64,000 nt of DNA, from contig JBMFQR010000001.1 of assembly GCA_049968515.1 (NCBI GenBank), positions 35,154 to 99,153 on the forward strand. Direction: 5' to 3'. The notes beneath the pieces were generated by a model. It saw only the letters and a list, made by a program, of their open reading frames with translations, was not told the origin of the DNA and did not search any database. This DNA comes from Brevinematia bacterium (GTDB taxonomy: Bacteria > Spirochaetota > Brevinematia > Brevinematales > JAOACQ01). Below, in pieces: positions 28,452 to 36,704 of the stretch (within the stretch, counting starts at the first letter, position 1; each line of letters opens with the position of its first letter). The position numbers and the translations under genes are program-made.

Positions 28452-29393
28452 TTAAAAGTTTATCTCTGTTACCAGATAATATCTATTATCTGTGGAAGCT
28501 TGAATCCCAATACTGAAAACCCCATAAAAATCTCTTTTGATTGAAGCCTCGAATATAAAATTTCCATCCTTAATATTGTAGATTTCTCTCAGGCTAAGTA
28601 TGAATTTTTTGTATGAGATACCCTCTTCAAGTCTTATCAAAAAGTCATTATCAGTGTAATAAGTTGTTTCCATTAGACACATTATTTTTAATTCTCCATA
28701 AATAAAATCTTTTCTTATGCTTGCCTGATGGATAAAGTATAGGTTTTCAGCCTCATAGACTAAAGGATTATTATGATAGAATAACGAAACTATTCTGATG
28801 TAAAAATCCTCTTTTTTGAATTTTATTATTACCCCTGATGGAATAAGATGCCTGTAATCTCCCTGCGAATAGGCAACAAGAATATCGCCTGTGTCTATTC
28901 CAATTCTTATGCCCGGTGAAGAATAGAATAATTTTTTGTAGAGTGTGGGTGAGTCAAATTCAGTTTCATTATTAATCCGATAGGGCATTAGCAGAAGAAA
29001 GGTATCAGGATTCTGTGTGTAATTTGCAGCTCCTCGAAAGGACAGATAAAGAAATTTTAACCAGAGATTAACTCCATAGTCGTAGAATTCTATATTGTTC
29101 AGCAAGGGGGGGTAGTTTGTTTCAGGAATGTGAGTGTCTTTAAGACCTTTAAAAGTGATAAAAAAGCTAACATTTCCAACTTCATTAATATCTGAAAGAT
29201 TAAGATTGTATTTAAGAAATGCATTCCTTAGATGAAATGTATTGCTGTGCAGACCATAGCAAAGTATTCCATAAGAATTTAAGGTGTGAGTATTTGTTTC
29301 ATTTCTTTTTCCTTCGTCAATTATGTTTGTTAAGCTTAACAATGGTGAGGTGAAAAGCAAAAAAAAGAGTGCAACCGATAAATTTTTATTCAT
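28452..29393 (-). CDS. secreted beta-rich protein, unknown function (ends ...VTEINF)
   Basis: Signal peptide MNKNLSVALFFLLFTSPLLS. Aromatic-rich alternating pattern with a terminal Phe, suggesting an outer-membrane barrel. Confidence 0.45.
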   Translation of the reverse strand: MNKNLSVALFFLLFTSPLLSLTNIIDEGKRNETNTHTLNSYGILCYGLHSNTFHLRNAFLKYNLNLSDINEVGNVSFFITFKGLKDTHIPETNYPPLLNNIEFYDYGVNLWLKFLYLSFRGAANYTQNPDTFLLLMPYRINNETEFDSPTLYKKLFYSSPGIRIGIDTGDILVAYSQGDYRHLIPSGVIIKFKKEDFYIRIVSLFYHNNPLVYEAENLYFIHQASIRKDFIYGELKIMCLMETTYYTDNDFLIRLEEGISYKKFILSLREIYNIKDGNFIFEASIKRDFYGVFSIGIQASTDNRYYLVTEINF

Positions 29394-29403
29394 TCAATTT
29401 TCC

Positions 29404-30474
29404 TTAAAGTGAGAGTTTGTAATCAAATGAGACCCTTAGTTTCTGGTCATATCTAATCATCAGTGGATTCCATTCGATATCTGTGTATGGCAGAAACCCT
29501 CCATTTATGAAGCCGATTTCAAGATCGCAGATTTCATTCAGCTTGAAGATCCTTATTATGTTAAGACCAATGTATAAAGGAACCCTGTAAAATGGGTCTC
29601 CTTCTATGGAAATGAACTTTTCGCTTCTATTAATAAAGCTGCTTGAGATAAAAAGCTCGGGCTCTATGTTAAAGCCATAAAATTCAATACTTCCTGCTAA
29701 ATAAATTCCCTGCCCGAAGATGTTTTTCTCTGGGTGGGCGTCCCTGTCCGGTAAAAAATATGAGGCAAGATAAAGTGCAGTAAAATATCTGTCTTTAAAT
29801 CCAGTTGCTCCAACGTAATTTTCTGTAATTTCTACTGGATGTGGATTTTCATGGCCTCCATTATGCCAGTAGTGAAGACTAATATAAAACCAGTGAATTT
29901 TTCCAATAAGACCAACATCAAATCTCTCTCTATGATTCGGGGTATCTGGCAGCTGCCAGTTTATATATGTCTCAAAATTGTAATTTTCCCTGTTATACTT
30001 TAGCTGTACACCATATTCATAAAAGCCATGTGAGAAAATTCCAGTCGGAAAGCTTTCATAATCTATGGGTATCTGGCTTTCTGTGAGCACCCTAACGCTC
30101 GGCGTCAGTCCTACAAGAGGATCAAGTATAGGAGGAGGGAAGTCGTGAGTATTGTCAAGACTTCCTACATTTAACTCAAGCCCTTCATTTGTAATTTTTG
30201 TCTGAAAATATGGATAAAAGTTTTTTATCTTTTCTTCCTGATTGAATGGCAAAAGGATGCCCACACCTATCTTGAATATAAGATTCTCACTCTGCTTGAT
30301 AGCAAGATAGGGTTGGAAAAGATTTTCGAGATATGTCAGAGTATATCTTGTCTCTTCCCAGTAGCTTCCATTTTCTCCATTATATACATAAGAAGAGTTG
30401 TAAATACATAAATCTACCTCTGAAAATGAAAGCTCTGAAATAAACAGAAGAACAAAAAGCAGTTTTTTACGCAT
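29404..30474 (-). CDS. secreted beta-rich protein, unknown function
   Basis: Signal peptide MRKKLLFVLLFISELSFS. Beta-strand-like alternating pattern throughout. No family recognised. Confidence 0.45.
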   Translation of the reverse strand: MRKKLLFVLLFISELSFSEVDLCIYNSSYVYNGENGSYWEETRYTLTYLENLFQPYLAIKQSENLIFKIGVGILLPFNQEEKIKNFYPYFQTKITNEGLELNVGSLDNTHDFPPPILDPLVGLTPSVRVLTESQIPIDYESFPTGIFSHGFYEYGVQLKYNRENYNFETYINWQLPDTPNHRERFDVGLIGKIHWFYISLHYWHNGGHENPHPVEITENYVGATGFKDRYFTALYLASYFLPDRDAHPEKNIFGQGIYLAGSIEFYGFNIEPELFISSSFINRSEKFISIEGDPFYRVPLYIGLNIIRIFKLNEICDLEIGFINGGFLPYTDIEWNPLMIRYDQKLRVSFDYKLSL

Positions 30475-30483
30475 TTAAAAGCC

Positions 30484-31329
30484 TTAGTTAAGGTTGATTA
30501 TAAAGCTATCCTTGCCATACTTAGAGGATTTTACCCTTTTTAAGGTTGCCTCTGCCTCTTCTTTTGTCGAGAACTTTCCAACTCTTACCCTGTAATATGT
30601 GACTCCATTGACATTTGCCTCAACAAGATAGGAATAAACCCCCAAACTTCTTAAATCCTCTTCAACAGCTCTTGCCTTTTCCATGCTTGTATGTGCAGAG
30701 ACCTGTATGCTATAATTTAGTTCTTTTGCGACCTCTTTTTTAGTGGTAGGGGTTACCTTCTGGATTTTCTCTCCGGGAGTGGCATTTTCTTTTTTTACTG
30801 TTTTTTCCGGAAATGTAAGAACTTTACTTCCAGTCGTATCTACCTTTGGCTTTTCGACTTCCTTTTTTTCTACCTTTATCTCCGGGATTTTTTCTGCCAC
30901 ACTTTCTTTTGGTTGGGATATCTTTTCAGTTACCTCAGGAGATTGAATTACAATTGGAGTATCAGCTGTAGATGTAGATGAAGCTATTACAAAATTTTCG
31001 ACCTTTTTTTCTTCAAGCTTTTTCTCTTTTTGGGAAATGACTTCTCTTTCACTTAAGAAAAGCTGTTTAATGCTTGTTTTGCCAAGCCAGTAACCTAAAA
31101 GAAATACCATTATTCCAAAAAAGACAAATATTGCAGTTACCCATACGACTTTGTCATTTATTGATAGATTGTCGTTATTGTCTGAGTAATTAAATTCATT
31201 TTTTTCTTTTTTTGGAGTTGGGGTGGTTTTTTTGTTTTCCTCATCTGAAAATGCAGAGAAATCCTTGTTTAACATTGAAGGTTCAACATTTTCATCTGAA
31301 AAAAAATCTATGATTTCTGGTGCAGACAT
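30484..31329 (-). CDS. SPOR-domain membrane protein
   Basis: One TM (VVWVTAIFVFFGIMVFLLGYWL) and a K/E/P/T-rich linker. C-terminal SPOR domain (YSIQVSAHTSMEKARAVEEDLRSLG...YYRVRVGKFSTKEEAEATLKRVK). Confidence 0.8.
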   Translation of the reverse strand: MSAPEIIDFFSDENVEPSMLNKDFSAFSDEENKKTTPTPKKEKNEFNYSDNNDNLSINDKVVWVTAIFVFFGIMVFLLGYWLGKTSIKQLFLSEREVISQKEKKLEEKKVENFVIASSTSTADTPIVIQSPEVTEKISQPKESVAEKIPEIKVEKKEVEKPKVDTTGSKVLTFPEKTVKKENATPGEKIQKVTPTTKKEVAKELNYSIQVSAHTSMEKARAVEEDLRSLGVYSYLVEANVNGVTYYRVRVGKFSTKEEAEATLKRVKSSKYGKDSFIINLN

Positions 31330-31411
31330 TTTGACCTCCTTCTATTCTTTTCGGAATAGAATGATTTTTTTTGAGAGATTTTTCTTTGCGGAAATCATTT
31401 TAAGCGAATAA

Positions 31412-31440
31412 TTGAAAAAATATTTTCTACAGATTATAAT
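31412..31440 (+). promoter_or_regulatory. sigma-70-type promoter for the STAS gene (TTGAAA-17-TATAAT)
   Basis: TTGAAA at 31412-31417, a 17-nt spacer, then TATAAT at 31435-31440. Lies 33 nt upstream of the ATG. Confidence 0.55.
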
Positions 31441-31472
31441 AAAGGGGTTGAAGTTAAAAATAGGAGGATTTA

Positions 31473-31784
31473 ATGCGATATAGCAGAAGCGTTTTGCCAA
31501 ACAATGCTGCAGAATATGTGATTGAAGGTGATTTTACGATTTTTTTTCTCAATAATATAAAGATAGAAATAGAGAAAGATATTGCTACTAATAAGATTTC
31601 TCATTTTATTTTTGATTTAAAAAAGGTAAACTATGTTGATTCTGCTGCAATAAGTTTGCTGATTATGGCAGGAAAGTACAATGATTCAAAAGGGCAGAAG
31701 CTCATTATAAAAAATCCAACTGATGTTGTAAAACGCATAATTGATAATGCAGAGTTGAGCTTTATAGATTATCAATATGATTGA
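31473..31784 (+). CDS. STAS-domain protein (anti-sigma-factor antagonist type)
   Basis: 103 aa. FIFDLKKVNYVDSAAISLLI is the SpoIIAA-like block, with Ser in the DS position. Confidence 0.75.
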   Translation: MRYSRSVLPNNAAEYVIEGDFTIFFLNNIKIEIEKDIATNKISHFIFDLKKVNYVDSAAISLLIMAGKYNDSKGQKLIIKNPTDVVKRIIDNAELSFIDYQYD

Positions 31785-32370
31785 GTGAATATTCACAACC
31801 GCAGAAATTCTGTCTGTAAATCCCGTATTTTTTGCAGAACTCCACTGAATTTTTTACTCCGTTGTTTTTCTTGAAGTCGCTTTTCAGATATTTTATGTTA
31901 TACTTTTGTGAAAGGTTAAGGCCTATTTCATTTATCTTTTCTGTGTTTTTAAGTGGGCTTAATGTCAGAGTAGTAGCAACTAAATCTAAGTTGAGTTTCT
32001 TTGCCATTCTGAAACTTTCTTCAAGTCTAAATTCATAACACAGGTTGCATCTCTGTCCTCTTTCTGGTTCGTTTTTGTAATTTATGGTAAGTTCAAGCCA
32101 GATTTTTCTTCTTTCAGTGTAATCTGATGGTATGAATTCAAGCTTCTTATCGTACTCTTTTTTAAAGATAGAGATTAGCTTTTTTACCTCATTTTCTCTC
32201 TTTCTGTATTCTTCAATAGAATATATGTTTGGGTTATCAAAGAACACAATAACCTCAAAGTCGGGTTTTTCGTCTAATATTCTCTCATAACTTAGCTGAT
32301 TGGTAAGAACGAGTGCTGACTGCGAAAGACAGGGAGCACAGCAGGTATGAAGAAGTAATCTTTTTTTCAT
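31762..32370 (-). CDS. queH: epoxyqueuosine reductase QueH (DUF208)
   Basis: LLLHTCCAPC N-terminal Cys motif, then RCNLCYEFRL and a C-terminal FCGCEYS. Trimmed to the ATG at 32370. Confidence 0.8.
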   Translation of the reverse strand: MKKRLLLHTCCAPCLSQSALVLTNQLSYERILDEKPDFEVIVFFDNPNIYSIEEYRKRENEVKKLISIFKKEYDKKLEFIPSDYTERRKIWLELTINYKNEPERGQRCNLCYEFRLEESFRMAKKLNLDLVATTLTLSPLKNTEKINEIGLNLSQKYNIKYLKSDFKKNNGVKNSVEFCKKYGIYRQNFCGCEYSLNHIDNL

Positions 32371-32383
32371 GTAGAAAGTTTTT

Positions 32384-32419
32384 AAAAAACCTGATGCAAC
32401 GCCAGAGCGTTGCATCAGG
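32384..32419 (-). terminator. rho-independent terminator after the 441-aa lipoprotein gene
   Basis: Perfect 13-bp stem CCTGATGCAACGC/GCGTTGCATCAGG (32390-32402 / 32407-32419), followed on the minus strand by TTTTTT. Confidence 0.75.
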
Positions 32420-32428
32420 TGAGAAAGT

Positions 32429-33754
32429 TTAATAAGTTATCTGCCAGTTACCGAGTTTTACAGTAACTAGTGTGCCGTCGTAGCTTATTTCGCCATAGAT
32501 GAAGTCGTCATAAACAGTGAGACTTCCAGTGACCTGATCTGTTGCATAGGTATATGTAATGTTTCCATTAATATAAAATCCACTATCCTTGTAAGAGTTG
32601 AAGTTGAATATTGCATTTGTCGGTGTATAAGATATAACTACATTTCCAGAAACATCTCCATTTATGAATGATGGAGGTGGAATTTGACCAATTGCAGAAA
32701 TCAGCTTATTTGTTACAGCGTCGAAGGCTGGGATATAGATATTTGTCAATCTTGAAGTCAGTTCATTTCCCAGTGTGGTGTTATTAGCCAATGAACCAAA
32801 TTCATCAATGTATTCAGCCGGGATCTTGTTCGTAAAGTTCGGGTTGGCTAACACAACTGCAAGTAAATTCGTCCAGCCTTCACTTCCACCAAGCATACTT
32901 GTAAATGAGGCATCGAGAGCCACTTTTACAGTAAGATTTGTGTAGTTGTTTGGATAATAGCCCCAGAAAGGCTTAAGATTAGTTGATAACACAAAGTTTG
33001 TAATTGCATTGGTTTTCTCTGGAAGCTTATTAAAAAAGTCTAAGTTTGGGTCTGCTGCAAGAAAGGCTATGATATAAGGGTCAGTAAGCGTTTCAAATCC
33101 ATTGCTAATTTCTGAAGCTCCAAGATTATTTGTATTTCCTTCTAAAATGTCTGGAATTCCATTTGTGTTCCGGTCTATTGCACCGGCAAAGTCAAAGACA
33201 CCATCACCATCATCATCAAATCCTTCCGAGTAGTTATAGCCAGTATGTGCAATAAAATTGGAGGGAACTACAAAAGTAACTATCTTTGTAGGATTATTTC
33301 CACTGTTGTTGCTAATTTCACCTAAGTCCAGCGGTGGAGTTCCATTTGTGTTGTCTGGATTCAAAAAGAGTGCTATTCTTTCATCGCCAAAGTTAATGGG
33401 CATTATATTTGTAGTGCTTCCATCAACTTCCATAACATAGATAAAATATGTATTATTTGTAAGAAGATATAGTCTATATGTACCATTATCATTGGTCGCT
33501 TCATATTTGTTACCCTTTGTATCAACAGCCACAACCACAAAATAGCTTCCTCCGGCCTTGAATGGAGATTTCAATTTCAGTTTGAGGTCATTCTTCAGCT
33601 TTAAATCAACCTCTCTATCCCCCTCTACCACGCTCTGACTGCTTGTTGAACTGCTTTCTTCTTCTTCTGAAGCCCTTGGCATTGAAATACCACAGGAGAA
33701 AAGTATGTAAGCAGAAAACACAAGCACTAAGAAAATCCAGATTTTCCTCTTCAT
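32429..33754 (-). CDS. lipoprotein, unknown function, with an Asp-rich Ca-binding-like loop
   Basis: Lipobox ILFSCG. An Ig/CarboxypepD_reg-like N-terminal segment. The DDDGDGVFDF...DRNTNGIPD motif resembles thrombospondin type-3 Ca-binding loops. Confidence 0.5.
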   Translation of the reverse strand: MKRKIWIFLVLVFSAYILFSCGISMPRASEEEESSSTSSQSVVEGDREVDLKLKNDLKLKLKSPFKAGGSYFVVVAVDTKGNKYEATNDNGTYRLYLLTNNTYFIYVMEVDGSTTNIMPINFGDERIALFLNPDNTNGTPPLDLGEISNNSGNNPTKIVTFVVPSNFIAHTGYNYSEGFDDDGDGVFDFAGAIDRNTNGIPDILEGNTNNLGASEISNGFETLTDPYIIAFLAADPNLDFFNKLPEKTNAITNFVLSTNLKPFWGYYPNNYTNLTVKVALDASFTSMLGGSEGWTNLLAVVLANPNFTNKIPAEYIDEFGSLANNTTLGNELTSRLTNIYIPAFDAVTNKLISAIGQIPPPSFINGDVSGNVVISYTPTNAIFNFNSYKDSGFYINGNITYTYATDQVTGSLTVYDDFIYGEISYDGTLVTVKLGNWQITY

Positions 33755-33914
33755 ATTTAGCCTCCTTTTTTCCTAAAATTTACTTTTTAAAATAGCTTTA
33801 ACGTTCCGGCACGAAACGTTTCATTATATTCATAAATACTATTAGCTGTAAAATTTTTAAAACTTCCCTATTTAATATACTTCACTGAACTGAAAAATAT
33901 GAAATAAATAAAAA

Positions 33915-36686
33915 CTATTTTTCAGAAAGTGCCTCAACACCCTCCCAGTCTTCTGGCAAACCAAATTTCAAATAATTTTCACATCTTTTTATGTAGAGAG
34001 AGACTGTTTTATCTTCTGGATCTTGTTTTAAAATTTTCTGGAAGAGTTTTAATGCCTTTTCGAGATCCTTGTTATGATATAATTCTATAGCCTTCTGAAG
34101 ATCTTCATTTGTTTTTATTTTAAGTTCTTTTTCTTTTTCTTTACAGCCTTCCAGAATTTCATATATGGCTATTGGTTGTGATTTTCCTTTCACCTTTACT
34201 TTGTCCAGAAATCTATAATTATACTTTTTATTGTAATCAGGTATGTTACTTAGCGTCACTTCACTTACGATTATTCCTGCACCATAATGTTTTGTAAGTC
34301 CTTCAAGTCTTGAAGCAAGATTTACGTTATCAGATATAACTGTACCATCCATCCTTTCTTCTTCTCCTATTATTCCGAGCATTAGCTTTCCCGTATGTAT
34401 ACCAACACCTATGTCAATGGGAATATATCCACTTCGTACTCTTTCTTCGTTGTAAACAAAAAGCTTCTTTCTCATTTCGATTCCAGCTATAAGTGCATCT
34501 TCTGGTTTTTCCGGGAATAGAGCCATTATTGCATCTCCTATGTATTTGTCAATAAAGCCGGTATTCTTTCTGATTAAGGGGCCAACCCGCCTAAGATAGG
34601 CATTTATAAAGTTAAAATTCTCCTCTGGAGACATTGTTTCAGAAAGGCTTGTGAAGGAACGTATGTCTGAAAACATAACAGTCATTTCTTTTTCAACCTG
34701 ATCTCCAAGCTTTAAATCTAATATATTAGACTTGCCTAAAAATTTAAGAAACTCACTTGGTACAAACTTAAAATATACCTTGTTGAGGTTAGTAATCTCA
34801 TTGATGTAATTTCTTATATATCCAGCCATTATATTGAAGCCTTTACCGAGGTCTCCAACTTCATCTCTACTTTTTATCTCAATTGTTGTGTCCCACTTTC
34901 CACTGGATACAGCAGTTATAGCATCTCTTAGCTTTCTTAAGGAGAACATCAGAAGCAGTATAAATCCTATTGAAATAATTAAAAATATTATTAGAGAATA
35001 GATAAGACCCTGGGTGAGTTGCCTTGTAAATATTGCATTTACCTCATCCATCACATAGCCGTCAATTATAACCTCGTAAACACCAACGATCTTACCATAC
35101 CTGTTTTTAATAGGAGCTACACCTACAATCAGGTCGCTATCAAAGTCTGTATACCTTGTATAGCCGATCTGTCCCTTGTAGTAAGCATTTTTATGAACCT
35201 CGGTTGCGTAGGGATAGGGATAGAACACACCATACCTCGATGACCAGTCGCAGGTAATGTAGAATAGATTATTAAAAACCTTATAGATTCTGGAGTAGGG
35301 GAGTGCATTCCATGGATCCGCATTGTCATTCATTATGGCATGCATCTGTGTCAAAATCTTGTTGTAATCATTGTTCATAAAATGTCTCGGTTCTGTAATT
35401 CTTTCCAGTGCATCACCATCTATTTTTTCAGAGGCTATCTGTGCTATCATTGCCACATTATTGTATATACTTTCCTCCTGCCTTTTATACAGGTCGCCAT
35501 AAATCCTGAATGAAATTATGACAATGGAAGCAACAACTATAGGAATAAGAGTGAGTACCATCTTTAATATTACAGAAACCCTTCTTTTCATTATTGAATT
35601 ATAAAGAAACCATAACATAAAGACAATTAAAGCTATATCAACAATCATTAGAAAATAGACAAAGGCTCTGAAAATCATAATAGGTGCTGAAAGCTTTGCG
35701 TCTGTTGTTATTCTGGTTAGCTTTCCATCCTTATCTATGTTCAGTACAGAGTTGTTGTATTCATCGACAATTGCTATAGATGAATTGTAAGGGTTAAATG
35801 AAAAATATCTGAAAATAACATTATCAACAACATAGCCATCTTTTTTCATTGTTTCCATTGTAGCAAATGTTTCAAGCTTTTTCATCTGATTTATTTTGAA
35901 AATTCCCTGATATTTTATATCTGAGATGTAAAGATTATTCTCTTTGTCTATATGAATTCCCCATGGAGATTTTAATATTTTGTTTGCAGGCGCATAGTAG
36001 AAGTGTTCTACTACCCTTCCATTTTTGTCTATCTGATAGATCCTGCCATCAAGCTTGGTAAGGTAAGTATGTCCTGGTTCTGTTCCTGTTATATTTATTG
36101 CTGCAAGTTTTTCAGGAATGGACAATACAGCAACCTTTTCCCCGGTGTTAAGATTTTGTTTATATAACACACTTCCAGAGTCTTTCTTGTAGAAAACATA
36201 GTATATGTCATTATCTATTAGCTGAAGTGTACCTGCTATGATTTCTGCTTCTCTTCCAAGTCTTTCTTCCTTACTTCTGACATATCTGAATATGGTTTTA
36301 TTATATTTCCCTGTTGTATCATATCTTTTTATCTCATATATACCGGCATATCCGTCAACAAGGTCTACAACTACATTGACAACATAGATGTATTTGTCGT
36401 CAACCTTCATATCGAGGATGAGATAAATATCTTCCTTTCCTCTTTTGCCACCCTCAATTATAAAATCAACTTTGTTGGATGGAGTTATCTTTGAAAGTCT
36501 TTTAGAACGGTTGTCCACTACATATATATTTCCCTTTGAGTCTGTTGAGACAAGATAAGGATTTTTAAATTTGAATTTGTTGTCAAAGATGTTTTTTGAA
36601 AGTTCTTCTCTATTAAGATAAACAAATAGGCTCAAAATGAGTGCTACCACCAGAAGAGATGAAAAAATAATTATGTTCTTTTTCAT
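33915..36686 (-). CDS. membrane adenylate/guanylate cyclase: NHL-like propeller sensor, HAMP, class III cyclase, C-terminal TPR
   Basis: N-terminal TM plus repeated NIYVVDN/LYISD/IAIVDEYNN blades, then a second TM cluster and HAMP (AVSSGKWDTTIEIKSRDEVGDLGKGFN). Cyclase motifs VMFSDIRSFTSLSE, GDAIMALF and TVISDNVNLASRLE. TPR-like tail. Confidence 0.85.
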   Translation of the reverse strand: MKKNIIIFSSLLVVALILSLFVYLNREELSKNIFDNKFKFKNPYLVSTDSKGNIYVVDNRSKRLSKITPSNKVDFIIEGGKRGKEDIYLILDMKVDDKYIYVVNVVVDLVDGYAGIYEIKRYDTTGKYNKTIFRYVRSKEERLGREAEIIAGTLQLIDNDIYYVFYKKDSGSVLYKQNLNTGEKVAVLSIPEKLAAINITGTEPGHTYLTKLDGRIYQIDKNGRVVEHFYYAPANKILKSPWGIHIDKENNLYISDIKYQGIFKINQMKKLETFATMETMKKDGYVVDNVIFRYFSFNPYNSSIAIVDEYNNSVLNIDKDGKLTRITTDAKLSAPIMIFRAFVYFLMIVDIALIVFMLWFLYNSIMKRRVSVILKMVLTLIPIVVASIVIISFRIYGDLYKRQEESIYNNVAMIAQIASEKIDGDALERITEPRHFMNNDYNKILTQMHAIMNDNADPWNALPYSRIYKVFNNLFYITCDWSSRYGVFYPYPYATEVHKNAYYKGQIGYTRYTDFDSDLIVGVAPIKNRYGKIVGVYEVIIDGYVMDEVNAIFTRQLTQGLIYSLIIFLIISIGFILLLMFSLRKLRDAITAVSSGKWDTTIEIKSRDEVGDLGKGFNIMAGYIRNYINEITNLNKVYFKFVPSEFLKFLGKSNILDLKLGDQVEKEMTVMFSDIRSFTSLSETMSPEENFNFINAYLRRVGPLIRKNTGFIDKYIGDAIMALFPEKPEDALIAGIEMRKKLFVYNEERVRSGYIPIDIGVGIHTGKLMLGIIGEEERMDGTVISDNVNLASRLEGLTKHYGAGIIVSEVTLSNIPDYNKKYNYRFLDKVKVKGKSQPIAIYEILEGCKEKEKELKIKTNEDLQKAIELYHNKDLEKALKLFQKILKQDPEDKTVSLYIKRCENYLKFGLPEDWEGVEALSEK

Positions 36687-36704
36687 TTTAACCTCCTGTT
36701 CATT

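Noticed and set aside
31340-31372. Plus-strand terminator-like hairpin (TTCTATTC-TTTTCG-GAATAGAA followed by T8)
   Set aside because: No co-oriented gene lies upstream for about 3 kb and the stem is AT-rich. On the minus strand it is simply part of the SPOR-gene 5' leader next to its SD.
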